Shown here one piece after another: positions 13,101 to 24,900 of a stretch of 64,000 nt of DNA (within the stretch, counting starts at the first letter, position 1; each line of letters opens with the position of its first letter). Location: contig MU004183.1 in the NCBI GenBank assembly GCA_010093605.1, positions 124,001-188,000 of the forward strand, read 5' to 3'. The position numbers were made by a program, and so were the translations under genes. Origin of the DNA: Lophium mytilinum. Its lineage: Eukaryota. Below the pieces are notes generated by a model. The model did no database searches and was not told the DNA's origin. It saw only the letters and a program-made list of their open reading frames with translations.

Positions 13101-13526
13101 GAGCAACAATACCGTCCTGAAACTTCTTGATCTCTTCTGGCTCCCAACGGAGCCTCTTCCAAGCCTTGTGTACTTTCCCTTTGAGTTCTTTTGGGTTACT
13201 ATCTAGCTCCTGGTACTTCTGCAGTCTCTTTTCTAGCCTACCAAGGACGTCATCGCATCCTTGAGTTATGTCGCGCAACTCATTCAGTTGCTGGAGGTTG
13301 AGATCCCGATTCAACCAGACATCTTCGATGTCTCTTAAAACTGCGGAAAGACTTCTCACGCTAGTAATAACCCTATGTTAATATGTGAAAGTAAACGCAT
13401 TGGATTTTCCACTCACAGGTTTGAAATCGCTTTGAACTCGTTTGGTGCACCCACAAATTGCCGGCGAGCCTTGTCGGCAAGCTGGATCAGAAGAGCGAAA
13501 TCACTTAAGCTATAGCCGAAGCTCAT
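10135..13526 (-). pseudogene. Fungal NLR-like STAND protein (N-terminal helical SesA/HeLo-like domain, NACHT, ankyrin repeats) with an in-frame TAA in the ankyrin array
   Basis: N-terminus MSFGYSLSDFALLIQLADKARRQFVGAPNEF, Walker A CPGMPGAGKT, Walker B FIVIDALDE, GMFLLARLHMDSL, VQLVHKTTEEYF, then ankyrin repeats. The stop at 11239-11241 is followed in frame by GIPLDSPDGSGQTPLLLAASNGHEG. Confidence 0.85.
10964..11345 (-). repeat. 99-bp coding tandem repeats (ankyrin units with high internal DNA conservation)
   Basis: GCAAGCAGYAAGCTYACA block at ~10964, 11045, 11144 and 11243. Adjacent units are alignable by eye over their full length. Confidence 0.8.
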
Positions 13527-13958
13527 GTCGAACTTATCGATAGGCGAGAAGGCCGTAGGATCAAGAAGGAATCAGTCGCGATGGGCTTCAGCTTATGTTC
13601 ATGATGAGCGGGGAACCTGCCTAGACCTCAGCGGCATGTTGTGCAATGCATGTGCGTCCGGTCTTAATTACGGAGCCAATCGTCTATGGTCTGTTTTGAT
13701 TAATCCCACCTAGTCTGAATTTGTCGCAAGACTGATTGCGACTCTACTATCTTCCCGCACGCTCACAGGTATGAAGTTTTCTACAACTTCAGTTCCGAGA
13801 TTTAATGGATCATATCATAGAAAAGATTTATGGAGCCAAAGACTGTAATAAACGAGAAATTGCGGGGATGAGGATAAGCTGAGGAGGATGAAGCCGTCTT
13901 TCATATTGCGCGTGAAGTCCCAATGAGATGGGCTCTGGGTATCTTAATTAGTACTACC

Positions 13959-14788
13959 TTATGTTTCAAGGTCCTTGTTCTTCTTCTTTTTCTTCTTCTT
14001 CCGCTCCGACAAGACCTCGTCTAGATAGTTGGTGTGTTTTTTGTCCTGCTTTCCCTCGCGTTTAGGTGGAGACCGTTTTTTGGTGCCTGTGCCTTTCCTC
14101 GTCTCCTCGCTACTATCCGATGAACCATCATGGTCTGCATCCCTTGTTCGCTTCTTGCTCGTAGAAGTTGTCGTGGAGCTATGACTACTGGGTAGTTTGA
14201 TAGGCTGATCTGGGTTCGATGACTTAACGAAATCCTTCTTGCGACTATCGGCATCATGGTCTGTGTCGTCTTCTGGTGAGATCTTGCTAGATTTATGCCG
14301 TTTTGATTTGAACATCGATGACCTGCCTTCCTCCTCATCCTCACTGTCATCCTGGCGAGATGGTCCTTTGACTGGTTTACTGGCGGGCTTCTGAGTTGGG
14401 ACAGCGTGCTTGGACGTTTGCTTAGACTTCAGGTGAGCCTTTGCCGCTTTGTTCCCGAGTAACTGCGTCAGTAGTTTATCGTTGGAGGAGAGGTTTTTGC
14501 GCTTGAAGCTTCCATCGGCGACGTCTTTCGGGATTGGTGCTCCTACACCAAGCCTATAGATATTTAGTATATAGTGAATACTACAATGAAAAGGCACTGA
14601 ACATACACCTCAGGCACCGGAGCAAAAATAGCCTTCTCCTCCCTCTCTAGCTCTTCCTCAGACTTCGCATTGGCAAGCTCCTCGGGGGTTTTCGGCGGCA
14701 GCCATGATGCAATCAACTTCTGGTGCTTCGCATGCACCACAGCCATCCGATTGTACACGACATCCGCCTCGCTCGGCACGGCGGGCAT
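13959..14788 (-). CDS. DUF3245-like fungal protein (1 intron), Lys-rich C-terminus
   Basis: MPAVPSEADVVYNRMAVVHAKHQKLIASWLPPKT...FAPVPE / LGVGAPIP...DSEDEEEGRSS...NYLDEVLSERKKKKKKK. Confidence 0.75.
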
Positions 14789-15037
14789 CTTGAGGGCCGT
14801 AGAGGAGGTGCAGTTGGGCAGCAGTGTGTCAAATGGCTTAATCTCGCCGTGGTTCTCCGTCGACAAAAGCAGACCTCGGAGACTGAGGCCCTGCAGAATT
14901 CGCTCGACCAATGAGACGCCGCTAGCCTTGGCCAACCTCACACCTCCGCAAAGATAGCCGCGACAGGACCTCACAACCACCTATCCAGCCCTCTCTCCTC
15001 CACCTACCCTCCATCTCGTTCATATACGTAGTTGGAG

Positions 15038-16561
15038 ATGTATAAGCTTGCCCGTTCCCGGCCGGTGGCCAGCGCTGTGCGTGCTGCGACTGTAGGTACT
15101 TCTTGGGAGACCCCCAGCGCCCCGACGCCTCCTACGCAGAGGCGCGATATACCGAAAACCCTGTGCTAATAATTTGATAGAAGACGCCATTGAGGAGTGC
15201 GGTGTTCCAACAAAGCAGGGCCCTCTCAATACATGAGTACAGGTCCGCAAAGCTACTAGAGACGGTATGCGATCTACTCCGCTATTCAATGCCGAACTCG
15301 TCACTGACGTGGGATATAGTATGGCATTGGCGTCCCAGCCGGCGATGTTGCTACCACAGGAGAGGGTGCCGAGAAGGTCGCAAAGAGCATTGGGGGTGAC
15401 GATATTGTCATAAAGGCACAGGTGTTGGCAGGAGGCCGAGGAAAGGGCACATTCGACAATGGCTTCAAGGGCGGTGTCAGAGTCGTCTACTCGTAAGACA
15501 CACCAATATTAGATGTGTACAACACCTTAACAAAATACAGGCCCCGAGAAGCTGGAATCCTCGCCGACCAGATGATCGGCCACAAGCTCATCACCAAGCA
15601 GACAGGCGCTGGAGGCCGGCTCTGCAATGCAGTATACATCGTGGAGCGGAAGTTCGCCCGGCGGGAATTCTACCTGGCTATCCTCATGGACCGCGCAACC
15701 CAAGGTCCCGTTATTGTCGCTTCGTCACAAGGTGGCATGGATATCGAGACTGTCGCAAAGGAGCACCCAGAGGCCATCATCACCACCCCAGTTGATATCC
15801 ATGTCGGCGTCACGGACGAGATGGCGCGGAATATTGCTACCGAGCTAGGTTTCTCGGAGCAGTGCATAGAGGACGCCAAGGACACCATCCAGAAGCTATA
15901 CAAGGTCTTCAACGAGCGTGATGCTACTCAGATCGAGATTAACCCTCTCTCCGAGACCAGCGACCACCAGGTCCTCTGCATGGACGCCAAGCTTGGCTTC
16001 GACGACAACGCTGAATTCCGCCAGAAGGAGATCTTCAGCTGGCGCGACATCACCCAGGAGGATGCTGAGGAGGTCAAGGCCGGTGAAGCGGGTCTCAACT
16101 TCATCAAGCTGGATGGTGATATCGGATGCTTAGTCAACGGTGCTGGCCTAGCCATGGCTACCATGGATATCATCAAGCTGAACGGCGGAACGCCCGCTAA
16201 CTTCTTGGACGTCGGCGGCGGAGCGACCCCGAAGGCTATCAAGCAAGCTTTCGACCTCATCACCAGCGATCCCAAGGTCACAGCCATCTTTGTGAACATC
16301 TTCGGTGGCATTGTCAGGTGCGATGACATTGCTAAGGGTCTCATCAGCGTGGTGGAGAGCATGAACCTACGGACGCCGGTCATTGCCCGTCTACAAGGAA
16401 CCAACATGGAAGCCGCGCACAAACTGATCAACGAGTCCGGCCTCAAGATCTTCTCCATTGACGACCTCCAAACCGCAGCCGAGAAGTCGGTCCAGTTCTC
16501 GAAGGTTGTGAAGATGGCCCGGGATATTGACGTCGGTGTAGAATTCACTCTCGGTATCTAA
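15038..16561 (+). CDS. LSC2: Succinyl-CoA ligase beta subunit, mitochondrial
   Basis: Presequence-like [17 protein letters not shown], then [54 protein letters not shown] and [13 protein letters not shown]. Three short introns. Confidence 0.96.
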
Positions 16562-16956
16562 TTTCACCGTTTCTTCTCTCCCAGCGTTGAGCCCCTTTCC
16601 TATGCTTCTGACTGAGGATAACGGTATTTGAAGACCGGTAGGAAGCAACGGCCGGCCCTCGTCAGTCACGCCGCTTTCCCGTGGAATACACTAGGTGGTC
16701 ATGTGTTAAGGTACCCTCCGATCCTTGGCTGCTTTCCAGCGGCCAATTTACGGCCGCTTGCGCTCTTGCTCTGCGTGCGTATGTATTTAGGTTGGAAGCA
16801 TGAAGAGCGGGTTATGTGGATCGTACATCTTTGCAACGCCTGTGCGACTGTCGAATGCGTGTTGTGATGTAGTCAAGAGGTCAATATCATTCTCAAAAGC
16901 TACCACGATGAGGCCCACGCTACGTCTACGCCCTACCCACCAAGAAAAAAATCTAA

Positions 16957-17172
16957 GCGGTTAGATCTGTAACTGTCTGCATTCAAATAGCCCTACACGT
17001 AGATGAAAACGTGTGCCACATTATGTAGGCGTGGCGTCTACCAAAAAATTCTATTACGCGGTTAGATCCGTAATTCTTTGCAAAACTTATGACCACGAAG
17101 CCTGTGAAGGCGGGTTAGAGAACCTGATAGACACATTGCCCGGATTTGTTACAAAGAGTTACAGATCTAACC
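16957..17172. mobile_element. MITE-like inverted-repeat element (family B) plus a partial extra end
   Basis: ACGCGGTTAGATCCGTAATTCTTTG at 17056 pairs with CAAAGAGTTACAGATCTAACC ending at 17172. An extra GCGGTTAGATCTGTAAC lies at 16957. The motif is the same as in the 34.7-35.4 kb array. Confidence 0.6.
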
Positions 17173-17294
17173 ATCTGAGATGCATTTTCATAGCCGCGGC
17201 ATGGGTACATGTTGTAGTCACTTCGTGCTATACAATTGACGGTAGAACCAGATCTATGCAATTTTTTATATCCTTACACCTCACACCTTCTAGC

Positions 17295-18596
17295 TTATTC
17301 CCTCACAATCAAGCTCGCCATCCCCATCCCCGTCCCAATGCACATACTAATCACCCCCAGCTCCTCCGTCTGCCTCTCCATCTCATGCAACAACGTCGCC
17401 AGCATCCTCCCACCCGTGGCTCCCAGCGGGTGTCCTAATGCGATCGCTCCCCCCTTCGGATTAATCTTCTCCTCGTCCAACCCCAGCTCCCGGATACAAT
17501 ACAGCGCCTGACTCGCAAACGCCTCATTGATCTCCCAAATCCCAACCTCCTCCTTCGCCACACCCGTATACTCCAGCAGCTTCGGAATCGCAACCGCAGG
17601 CCCAACCCCCATCTCATCTGGCCTGCACCCCGCGACCTGCGAGCCCGCCCACTTCCCAATAATCGACCCCGACAGCCCAAGCTCCTGCGCCGTACTCCTA
17701 CGCATCATCAGCGCCGCCGCCGCGCCATCCGACACCTGCGAGCTATTCCCTGCCGTGCTGGTCCCATCCTCCTTAAACGCCGGTTTCATGCCTCCCAGCT
17801 TCTCCGCCGTCGTCGTCGGCCTGATCCCGTCGTCCTTCGTAACCGTAATGCTCTCTTCGCCCTCCGGCACCGTAGGGTCCGGCACCCACCGCGTCGTCAC
17901 CGGCACGATCTCCTTATCAAAGAAGCCCGACTGCTGTGCTTTCGCAGCTTTCTGCTGGCTCCGCGCCGCAAAAGCATCCTGATCCGCGCGGTTCACGCCA
18001 TACCGCTCGGCCACGTTCTCAGCCGTGAGGCCCATGTTCATAATGCAGTCTCGCGCGTCCTTCACCGGGCTTTCTTTCAAGTCGTTCCAGAGTTGCGTGG
18101 GGATCGCCCGCGAGCCATAGTTCCGCGTCATGCTCTCCATCCCCCCACCGATGCCGACGTCGATGCTGCCAACGGCGATGGCGTGCGCGATGGTGGTGAC
18201 GGCGCTGAGGCCCGAGGCGCACGCGCGATTGAGGGTGTGGAAGGAGGTCGTGGTGGGGATGCCGATGTGGTTGGCGGCCATGCGGCCGGCTTTGGAGCCG
18301 CCGAGCTCGGAGAGGACGGTGCCGATGCAGATGTCGTCGATTTTGGAGGGGTCGAGGTTGGGGTGGCGGTCTATGGTCGCTTTTAGGACCTAAGGGGAGA
18401 GAGTTAGTGGCGGTGGGGTGTATAGAGGGGGTTTTGGAGGGGGGCTTACGGCGGCGAGGAGCTCGTGGTCGTAGGCATCTCGTAGACCACCCTTTTTGGC
18501 TCTTGTTACGGGTGTGCGGAGGGCGGAGAGGAAGACGACGTCGTGGGGGCTTTTTTGGAGGATGTTCTTTGCGCCTTTTTGGATGAAGGAGGCCAT
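17295..18596 (-). CDS. 3-ketoacyl-CoA thiolase (1 intron)
   Basis: Thiolase motifs NRACASGL (catalytic Cys), EINEAFA, GGAIALGHPLGATG and SMCIGTGMG. Confidence 0.95.
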
Positions 18597-19079
18597 TTTG
18601 GCGGGTCTATGTCGCTATGTAGCTTGGAATGGAGATGATGTAAGGAAAATGTTAGAGAGAAAGAGCAAAAGAAAGATGAAAACGCTTCAATCCCCAGGTT
18701 TCCGATCAAGACCCGCTACGGAATGAATGTCCATGGCGTCCCGAAGATTTCATGGAGCTCGCATTTAGCTCCGGGGTTACGATGTGGAGAAAGGATGGCC
18801 GGCAACAGGAACAGGCATTTGACGCCTCGGGACTTTCCGTTGGGAGTGCGGGTAAACGATCACCCCTCAGTCACATGATTTCAATTTTTTAGAACGTCAA
18901 TCAACTATCAACTTCCAAGAAATGTTGCCTAATGGAGATGACGTGGATGTATCATAATGGATAGGAGCAATTGTGATACATGTGAGCATAGGCGAGCTGG
19001 TGGCAGTTTTCCTACTTATGCGACCCTTTAACTTCCCTACCGTTGCGGCTAAAAGTTTCAACCCTTTGAAAGACACATT

Positions 19080-19547
19080 GCATTCTCTTCGCTTCGATTT
19101 CCCAGATGTTGCGGTAGCCTTGAAGCACATGAAGCTATTAGGAGCTAAGGGCGATATTGGTGGGGCGCTGAAGGCAGCCAAAGCTGATGCTCTCATTCTT
19201 CCATCCGTCATTTGTTCGGATGTTCCAGGACTCGCTGGGCATCCAGTTATCACTGTCCCATTAGGAATCCTACCGTCAGACACTCTTATCATTAGAAATC
19301 TGAGGGGAGATCTGATCGATGAAGCCCCCAACGTACCGTACGTGTTTCCCAATTCGTTTTCTAGTCTATCTTTTGAGCAAAGCTAACCATCTAAAATTTT
19401 GGCCTTTGCTTCATTGGCCGTAAGTTCTCCGAGGAGAAACTCATTGGCCTAGTGTATGCCTTTGAACAACTGACCATGGTTTCATCTCAACGAGAACCTA
19501 TTATCTTGCCCAAGACTGAACTGGCTGACATTGTAGAGCATACTTAA
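19080..19547 (+). pseudogene. C-terminal remnant of an amidase-signature (GatA-like) amidase
   Basis: DALILPS...AGHPVITVPLG...APNVP / FGLCFIGRKFSEEKLIGLVYAFEQLT. There is no room upstream for the catalytic N-terminal region. The intron after 19338 has a branch site (GCTAAC) but no AG acceptor. Confidence 0.75.
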
Positions 19548-19743
19548 GTCTCTGAAACCTACCATACAGCTTCAGTGCGTAGATCTTTACAAGCTAATAG
19601 TAACAGGCCCTCTTTCAACATAGAGTTGAGTGAGTCGTGAATTGGTAGTGCATATACAAGGCCATGCTCAATAGTAAAGTCTCTGTTTCTTCAAGAACAA
19701 AGATAACTACGGAAACCTTCTTCAAAACAAAATCCAAAAGGAA

Positions 19744-21001
19744 TCAGACTCCCTTTAACATACCCACACTCTCCCGCGAATATGCTTCCATCTTCGGATA
19801 CCGGCTCCAATCCGTATCAAACAAAATCGCATCCTGGCACGCACTCCCCAAGCTCGTCATATTCAACCACGCGGGCTCCCAGTAGTTAAACCCCTGCCCC
19901 AGATCCCCCGGTACCCCTTTCACTACTTTAATAACATCATGCACCCATTCAATCTGCCCCTTCGCACTAATCGGCACACTCGGCTCACTAAGCTCCGGCG
20001 CATCACTCCCACTGCATATTGCCGGCCAATCCGTCTCAACCACTTGAAGCGGCTTGCCATAGTGCCGCGCCAGCGTATGCAAGCTATTCTGCAGGTTGGC
20101 AAGTGTAGCATCCGTGCCGTAGAACGGGTAGAAGCTAAACGCGAAAACATTTCAATCCGCGACCTTCACTTTGCCGGTCGAGGTCAGCGCGTTGAACCAT
20201 GTAGTTTGCAGAGTAATGTTCCACCCGTTGTCGATATGGATCAAGACCTGCGGCTTCGCGGCTCCAGCGTTGACGGCATCCGTCACGCCTGACCGCGCGG
20301 CAGCGTACAGCGTGGCTAGGTTTGTGAAGTTCGAGACGAGAGCGGAATGCGGCGTGATGTCGACGTCGACTTGACCGAGTGGCCAGAGCATGCCGTTGCG
20401 GATTTCGTTGCCGAGACTGACGAGGCTGAGGTCGACGCCGGCGTGCTTGAAGGTCAGGATGGTTTCGCGGACGTAGGTGCGGAGGGTGTTAGAGAGAGCA
20501 GGGACGGTAGTAGGCCAGGCTGCTGGGGCGATGTTGTGGTCTGGGTCGGCCCAGTTGTCGGAGAAGTGGAAGTCGAGGTAGATGCGGTAGTTCTTTTTGG
20601 CAAAGCGTTTGGCCAGGGCGAGGACGTAGGAGAGGTCGTATTGGCCGGGGATGGGATTGACCCAGAGGCTGGTGGGGAAGACTATCAGCCTGGAAAATTA
20701 TATACTTGGAAAGGTGCTTGAGAGAGGTGATTAACTATACGTACCGTAATCTGACAGTGTTCATACCCCCATCACCTCGGATGTCTTCTGCAGCTCGAGT
20801 CTGGTCATGTCGAGCAGTGTCGTGATATACTGCTCCTCCCTGCTCCATTATGCCTAAACTGGAGAGGTCATGTCCTTGGTAGAAAACGGGCTGGGCATTT
20901 CGTCCCCCGTACCCGCCTTCAACTGCTTCAGCAGCAGGGAATGCGAATGCAAAAGCCGACCCCAGTGGCAAAAGCGCAACAAACGTCTTGAGTGTAAACA
21001 T
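19744..21001 (-). pseudogene. GH53 endo-beta-1,4-galactanase with an in-frame TGA (20152-20154)
   Basis: Signal peptide, GHDLSSL, GGMNTVRLR/LWVNP, YLDFHFSDNWADP, SLGNEIRNGMLWP (acid/base Glu), SFYPFYG, VVETDWP (nucleophile) and YWEPAW. KVAD*NVF sits where homologs usually read DWDV. Confidence 0.85.
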
Positions 21002-21957
21002 GCTGGGAGCCAATCAGGCAGACAACGATAGAGATGATGGACGAATATGCTGGTAACACATCTCTCTTATATCCTAGGTAGCGATCACAGCTTGACTTAG
21101 GTTTCCTGGGGACCCCACACACGAGCACCACCCCATTTCAAATCTCATAGAAGTATACCTTCCGCCTCCGCAATTAATGACTGCCGATTCTCGCGTGTGC
21201 CACGTGAAGCGGCCCGGCATCGAGCAATGAAGCTATCAACAAGGATTTGGTGCGGAGAACTGGAATAACCCTACGAGACGAATTCCGCCAATCAAGAATT
21301 CTCCGCGGAATAGGCTTTCGGGAGCAGGTGACGATCCCCGGACCCCAGGGAGTCTATTTCGTGACTCGAGCCTCAGAAGGAGCGGGCCGACATCTACTTC
21401 GAGTTAGCCGTTGTAAAGAGACCTCGGTATCAAGCTGGGAAAAGCTCGCATGGCGTATACATTTATGACTGAGGAAGAGGGTCTAGTGTGTTTGTCGTAT
21501 ATGTCGAAAGATGGTATAAGGAAGTTAGAGGTGCGATTCTACGTCACTTCACCACCCTATATCGTCGCACGCCTGGCTTCTCGAGTGTGGCCATCTTGTA
21601 CAAATCAAGAAACGAAAGGAAGAATAAAAGAAGAAAACGCCGAACTCCAACCCTAGAAGGAGAAAGCTAAGATGTTGAAAATAGAGATCACTTCGTTGCC
21701 GGCATGCCCGTGATGGAGACTGGTCAGAATCTACAACATGGCTAATCCCGTACAACTCCTCGGTGCGGAATCAATCCTCCCTCGAGTACCCACGGGGGAT
21801 CATAGTCCAGCTAGTCCCCTATAGGCCGTGACCCAAGTGAAAGTTCCGCAAGATGCTATACTTCAAGTAACACAAGAACTGTATCGGTACATCAAGAAAG
21901 CGGGTTTACAAAAAGCCGACCAGCTCATGGTTGAAAACTAGCCTATCAGAAGTCTGC

Positions 21958-24900
21958 TCAGCTAGCTCTCCAGCCTCGTGCCCTCTCCATGATTCCTGCC
22001 GGACGTCGGGTCTGGTGATTCTGGGTACGTACTGCTGTGCCCAACGTAAACGATCGCAGAGGTCTTCCGAATTCAATATTCCCAATTTGTGTCGACGGAC
22101 CATTGCCTCCACGATCAACCATCGAAATTCTGCCCATGTCCAGATCTGGATCCGCGGACATAACGCGTTGTATGGTCTTAGAAACAATAGAGCGCCACTC
22201 ATCGCCGTAGTAAGCTATGGCAACTATCCCTCCAATGACAGTGATGGTAAGCGGGATAGCAGAGGCCCAGAAGAGGGATTGCGTGCGATCCATATTTCGA
22301 ATGTCCAAGGTATTCATACCGAGGAAGCTGGTAACAAAGGAGAGAGGGAGGAAGATAACTGTGACAGCAGTGAAGGCAAGAATAGCCTTGCCATGGTGCT
22401 CCTCGTTTACGTCGATGCTATGCTTTGCTCGATACGTGAGCTGCTCGCACGATTTGAGCAAATGGTTAAATTCCTTGTGATTGGCATCGAGCTTCGAGAC
22501 GATCTCATTTATCAACCTTTGCTCATAGAGGAAAACACTTTGGCGTCTTTCGAAAGGATTTCGGAAGCTCTTATCGTGGAGCACCATTCTATAATTTCTC
22601 ATGGCATTGATTTGCCATTGATTCACCGTATCGAGAGCAGTAATTTCTTCTTGAAGAAGGTGAATATCTCGAAGAATGCGTTTACAAGGATGGTGATGAG
22701 CTTGGTACCCCTGCAGACATGTTAGACGCCTCGGTCTTTCAAAGAGGTTACAGTCTCTTGCGACAGGCATTATGGTCCCCAATAACAGCGAGATCACAGA
22801 AATAGGTGGTGCTCACAAGCGCAGAGAATACGTCTCCATAGAGTTCTGTCGTCCTCAAATCTTTGTGGACAGGTCTGATGACAAGTTGTCCCAAGATCCA
22901 GGCCAGAAGGAACTGGGGCCCAACCATGAGACTTTCAAGAGGATTCGAATTTGACCCCAGCTTCGGTACGTTCCGCACATCTTCCAAGAACTTCCTCATG
23001 GTTTTATGCACGCCCTCGGCAGCTCGGGTCAATGTGGAAAATCTCGCATTCCATCTCAGCAGCCACATATCGGTTTCGTCTCCGTATGGTTCATTCTTCA
23101 AGGTAAAGTCAACGTGATGGATAGCTCCAGCTACGTCTGTTCCGAAGGCCAGAATACGCGAGAATGCAAGGTGAGACGACCCGGGTAACTGGAAATGCGT
23201 CGATCTTTGTCCGTCTGATTGAACGACACCATACGCGATGTGAGTAGCTTTTCCTAGCGCGTGTTCGACTGTCCTAAAGCCAAGGCAGAGAGCATCCGAT
23301 ATTTTCCTGTATTTCAGTATCCAGGCCATGTTAGACGTATCGACGACCCAGTAAATTATTTCTGACTCAGGATGTGATTTGAGGTACTCGCCAGAGTTAC
23401 TCTGCAAGCCCCGATATGAATATTTCCGAAAATGGCTCCTTGATACGTGCTTCAACACGTCACCTATGCTCTGGTACCTTCTGTAATCTCGGCACATTGT
23501 ACATCTCGACATTTCACGAGTTGGTTGTTGTAAGTGAAGGATCTTGTCAAGTCCCTCGTGCTCTAGCATGTCGTGCGCCATCCATTTCATGTCATCGATA
23601 TCTTGAGTAGGATCGGTCCAAGAAGCGGACCTGAAGCCTTCCTCAAGCCCATCAATGATCTAACTAGACATTAGCAGGACATCTGCTGAAGTGGTATAGC
23701 ATATTGTCACCGTGATTATAGCCGAGATGGAGACCCATAGGTCTTCAATCATCCAGTCGGAGTAGCCTTGAGGAACAAACAGGTCAAGTAACTGTTTCAA
23801 CTTGTGAACAAAGTCTCTTGGTCGCTGCCGCAGCTTGCGTTGCATATGTTTGAAGATCGTATCTTGGACGTTCTTGTATCTCAGAAGTAAGTTGTGAGGC
23901 TTGGGGAGCACTTCCTGAACCTTGACTTCGACTTGTGCGGAGAGCGTAGTACTTGAGGCCGGGCAGTAGTCAGCATCTTGAGTGCGCTTTAAGCAGCTAT
24001 TTGAATAGATGTGGGCGAATGATCTTGATGCGACATCTCGTGTTGATGAATCGATGATCGGGCTGGGAGCGGAGATAGTGGGTATCAATGGCCGGTGTAG
24101 ATATCTACTAACGCGCAACATGTTCCTTGCGACAGTCTTGCCCGTAGTTGAAAATGGGCCCCGGTCTTTGATATTCCAGACGAAGAAAGGAGGCACTCGC
24201 GAGATGTCAAGCTCGATTGTCTCGCCCGCCGGATTGGACCCATCTGTCTCGCCATGGCCAGTTCCACGCCGAGTAATGTTTCTAGTTTCCGAGATTCGGG
24301 TAAAAGTAGACCTAGTCGGGTCAAACTTCGTCGTTTTCGTACTGCCGACATGCTCCCACCACGTCGTTAGCTCAAGCGGAATGCGTTTGGGGCCAGCTAG
24401 CAAGTGGGCGAAGCCTCGTATTGCCACTTCATCCATGCCTTCAAAAAGACAGACCATGGCTGCATTCCCACCTCCTTCGGATCCTGAGATTACTTCAAGT
24501 AGGTTCAATATCGAATTTTCTAGCTCCTATAATTGATTAGTAACATTTTTTACTTAATACAATTAACCAATAATACGAGCTGTGCGAGAATGAAATCCAC
24601 CGAGCACTAGCAGTGTTCCATAGCAATGCTCAATCGAGGTGTTGCTCTTATATGAGTAGCTGACTACTTACGAACAAAGTGGGATTTTCGTCTACTTGGA
24701 AGAGAAAGGCCCGGTTTCGGTCGTCTGTATATCGTATGGTCTGCTTCTGATGAAGAGCCGGCTCGTCGGTCTCCACTCTCGTGATTTGGTCTCCCAAAAG
24801 CTCAGCCAGGGGGACGGGTCCACAAGTGATGAGGGTAGCTCAATGAAAATTAGCATTAGCAAGCATTAGATAGCGCAAATGAGCATACTCTCGCCTAAAG

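Noticed and set aside
3069..20154. Stop-codon reassignment or programmed readthrough as a common explanation for three in-frame stops
   Set aside because: The stops differ (TAA, TAA, TGA) and replace different inferred residues (possibly Gln, Glu, Trp). Core genes end normally in TAA, TAG and TGA.
15038..21001. Metabolic gene cluster (succinyl-CoA ligase, thiolase, amidase, GH53)
   Set aside because: No backbone enzyme or regulator is present, two members are decayed, and the adjacency is explainable by chance.
21931..22725. 264-aa plus-strand ORF
   Set aside because: It is antisense to the CorA-like exon, which has clear family motifs, and has no recognisable features itself.
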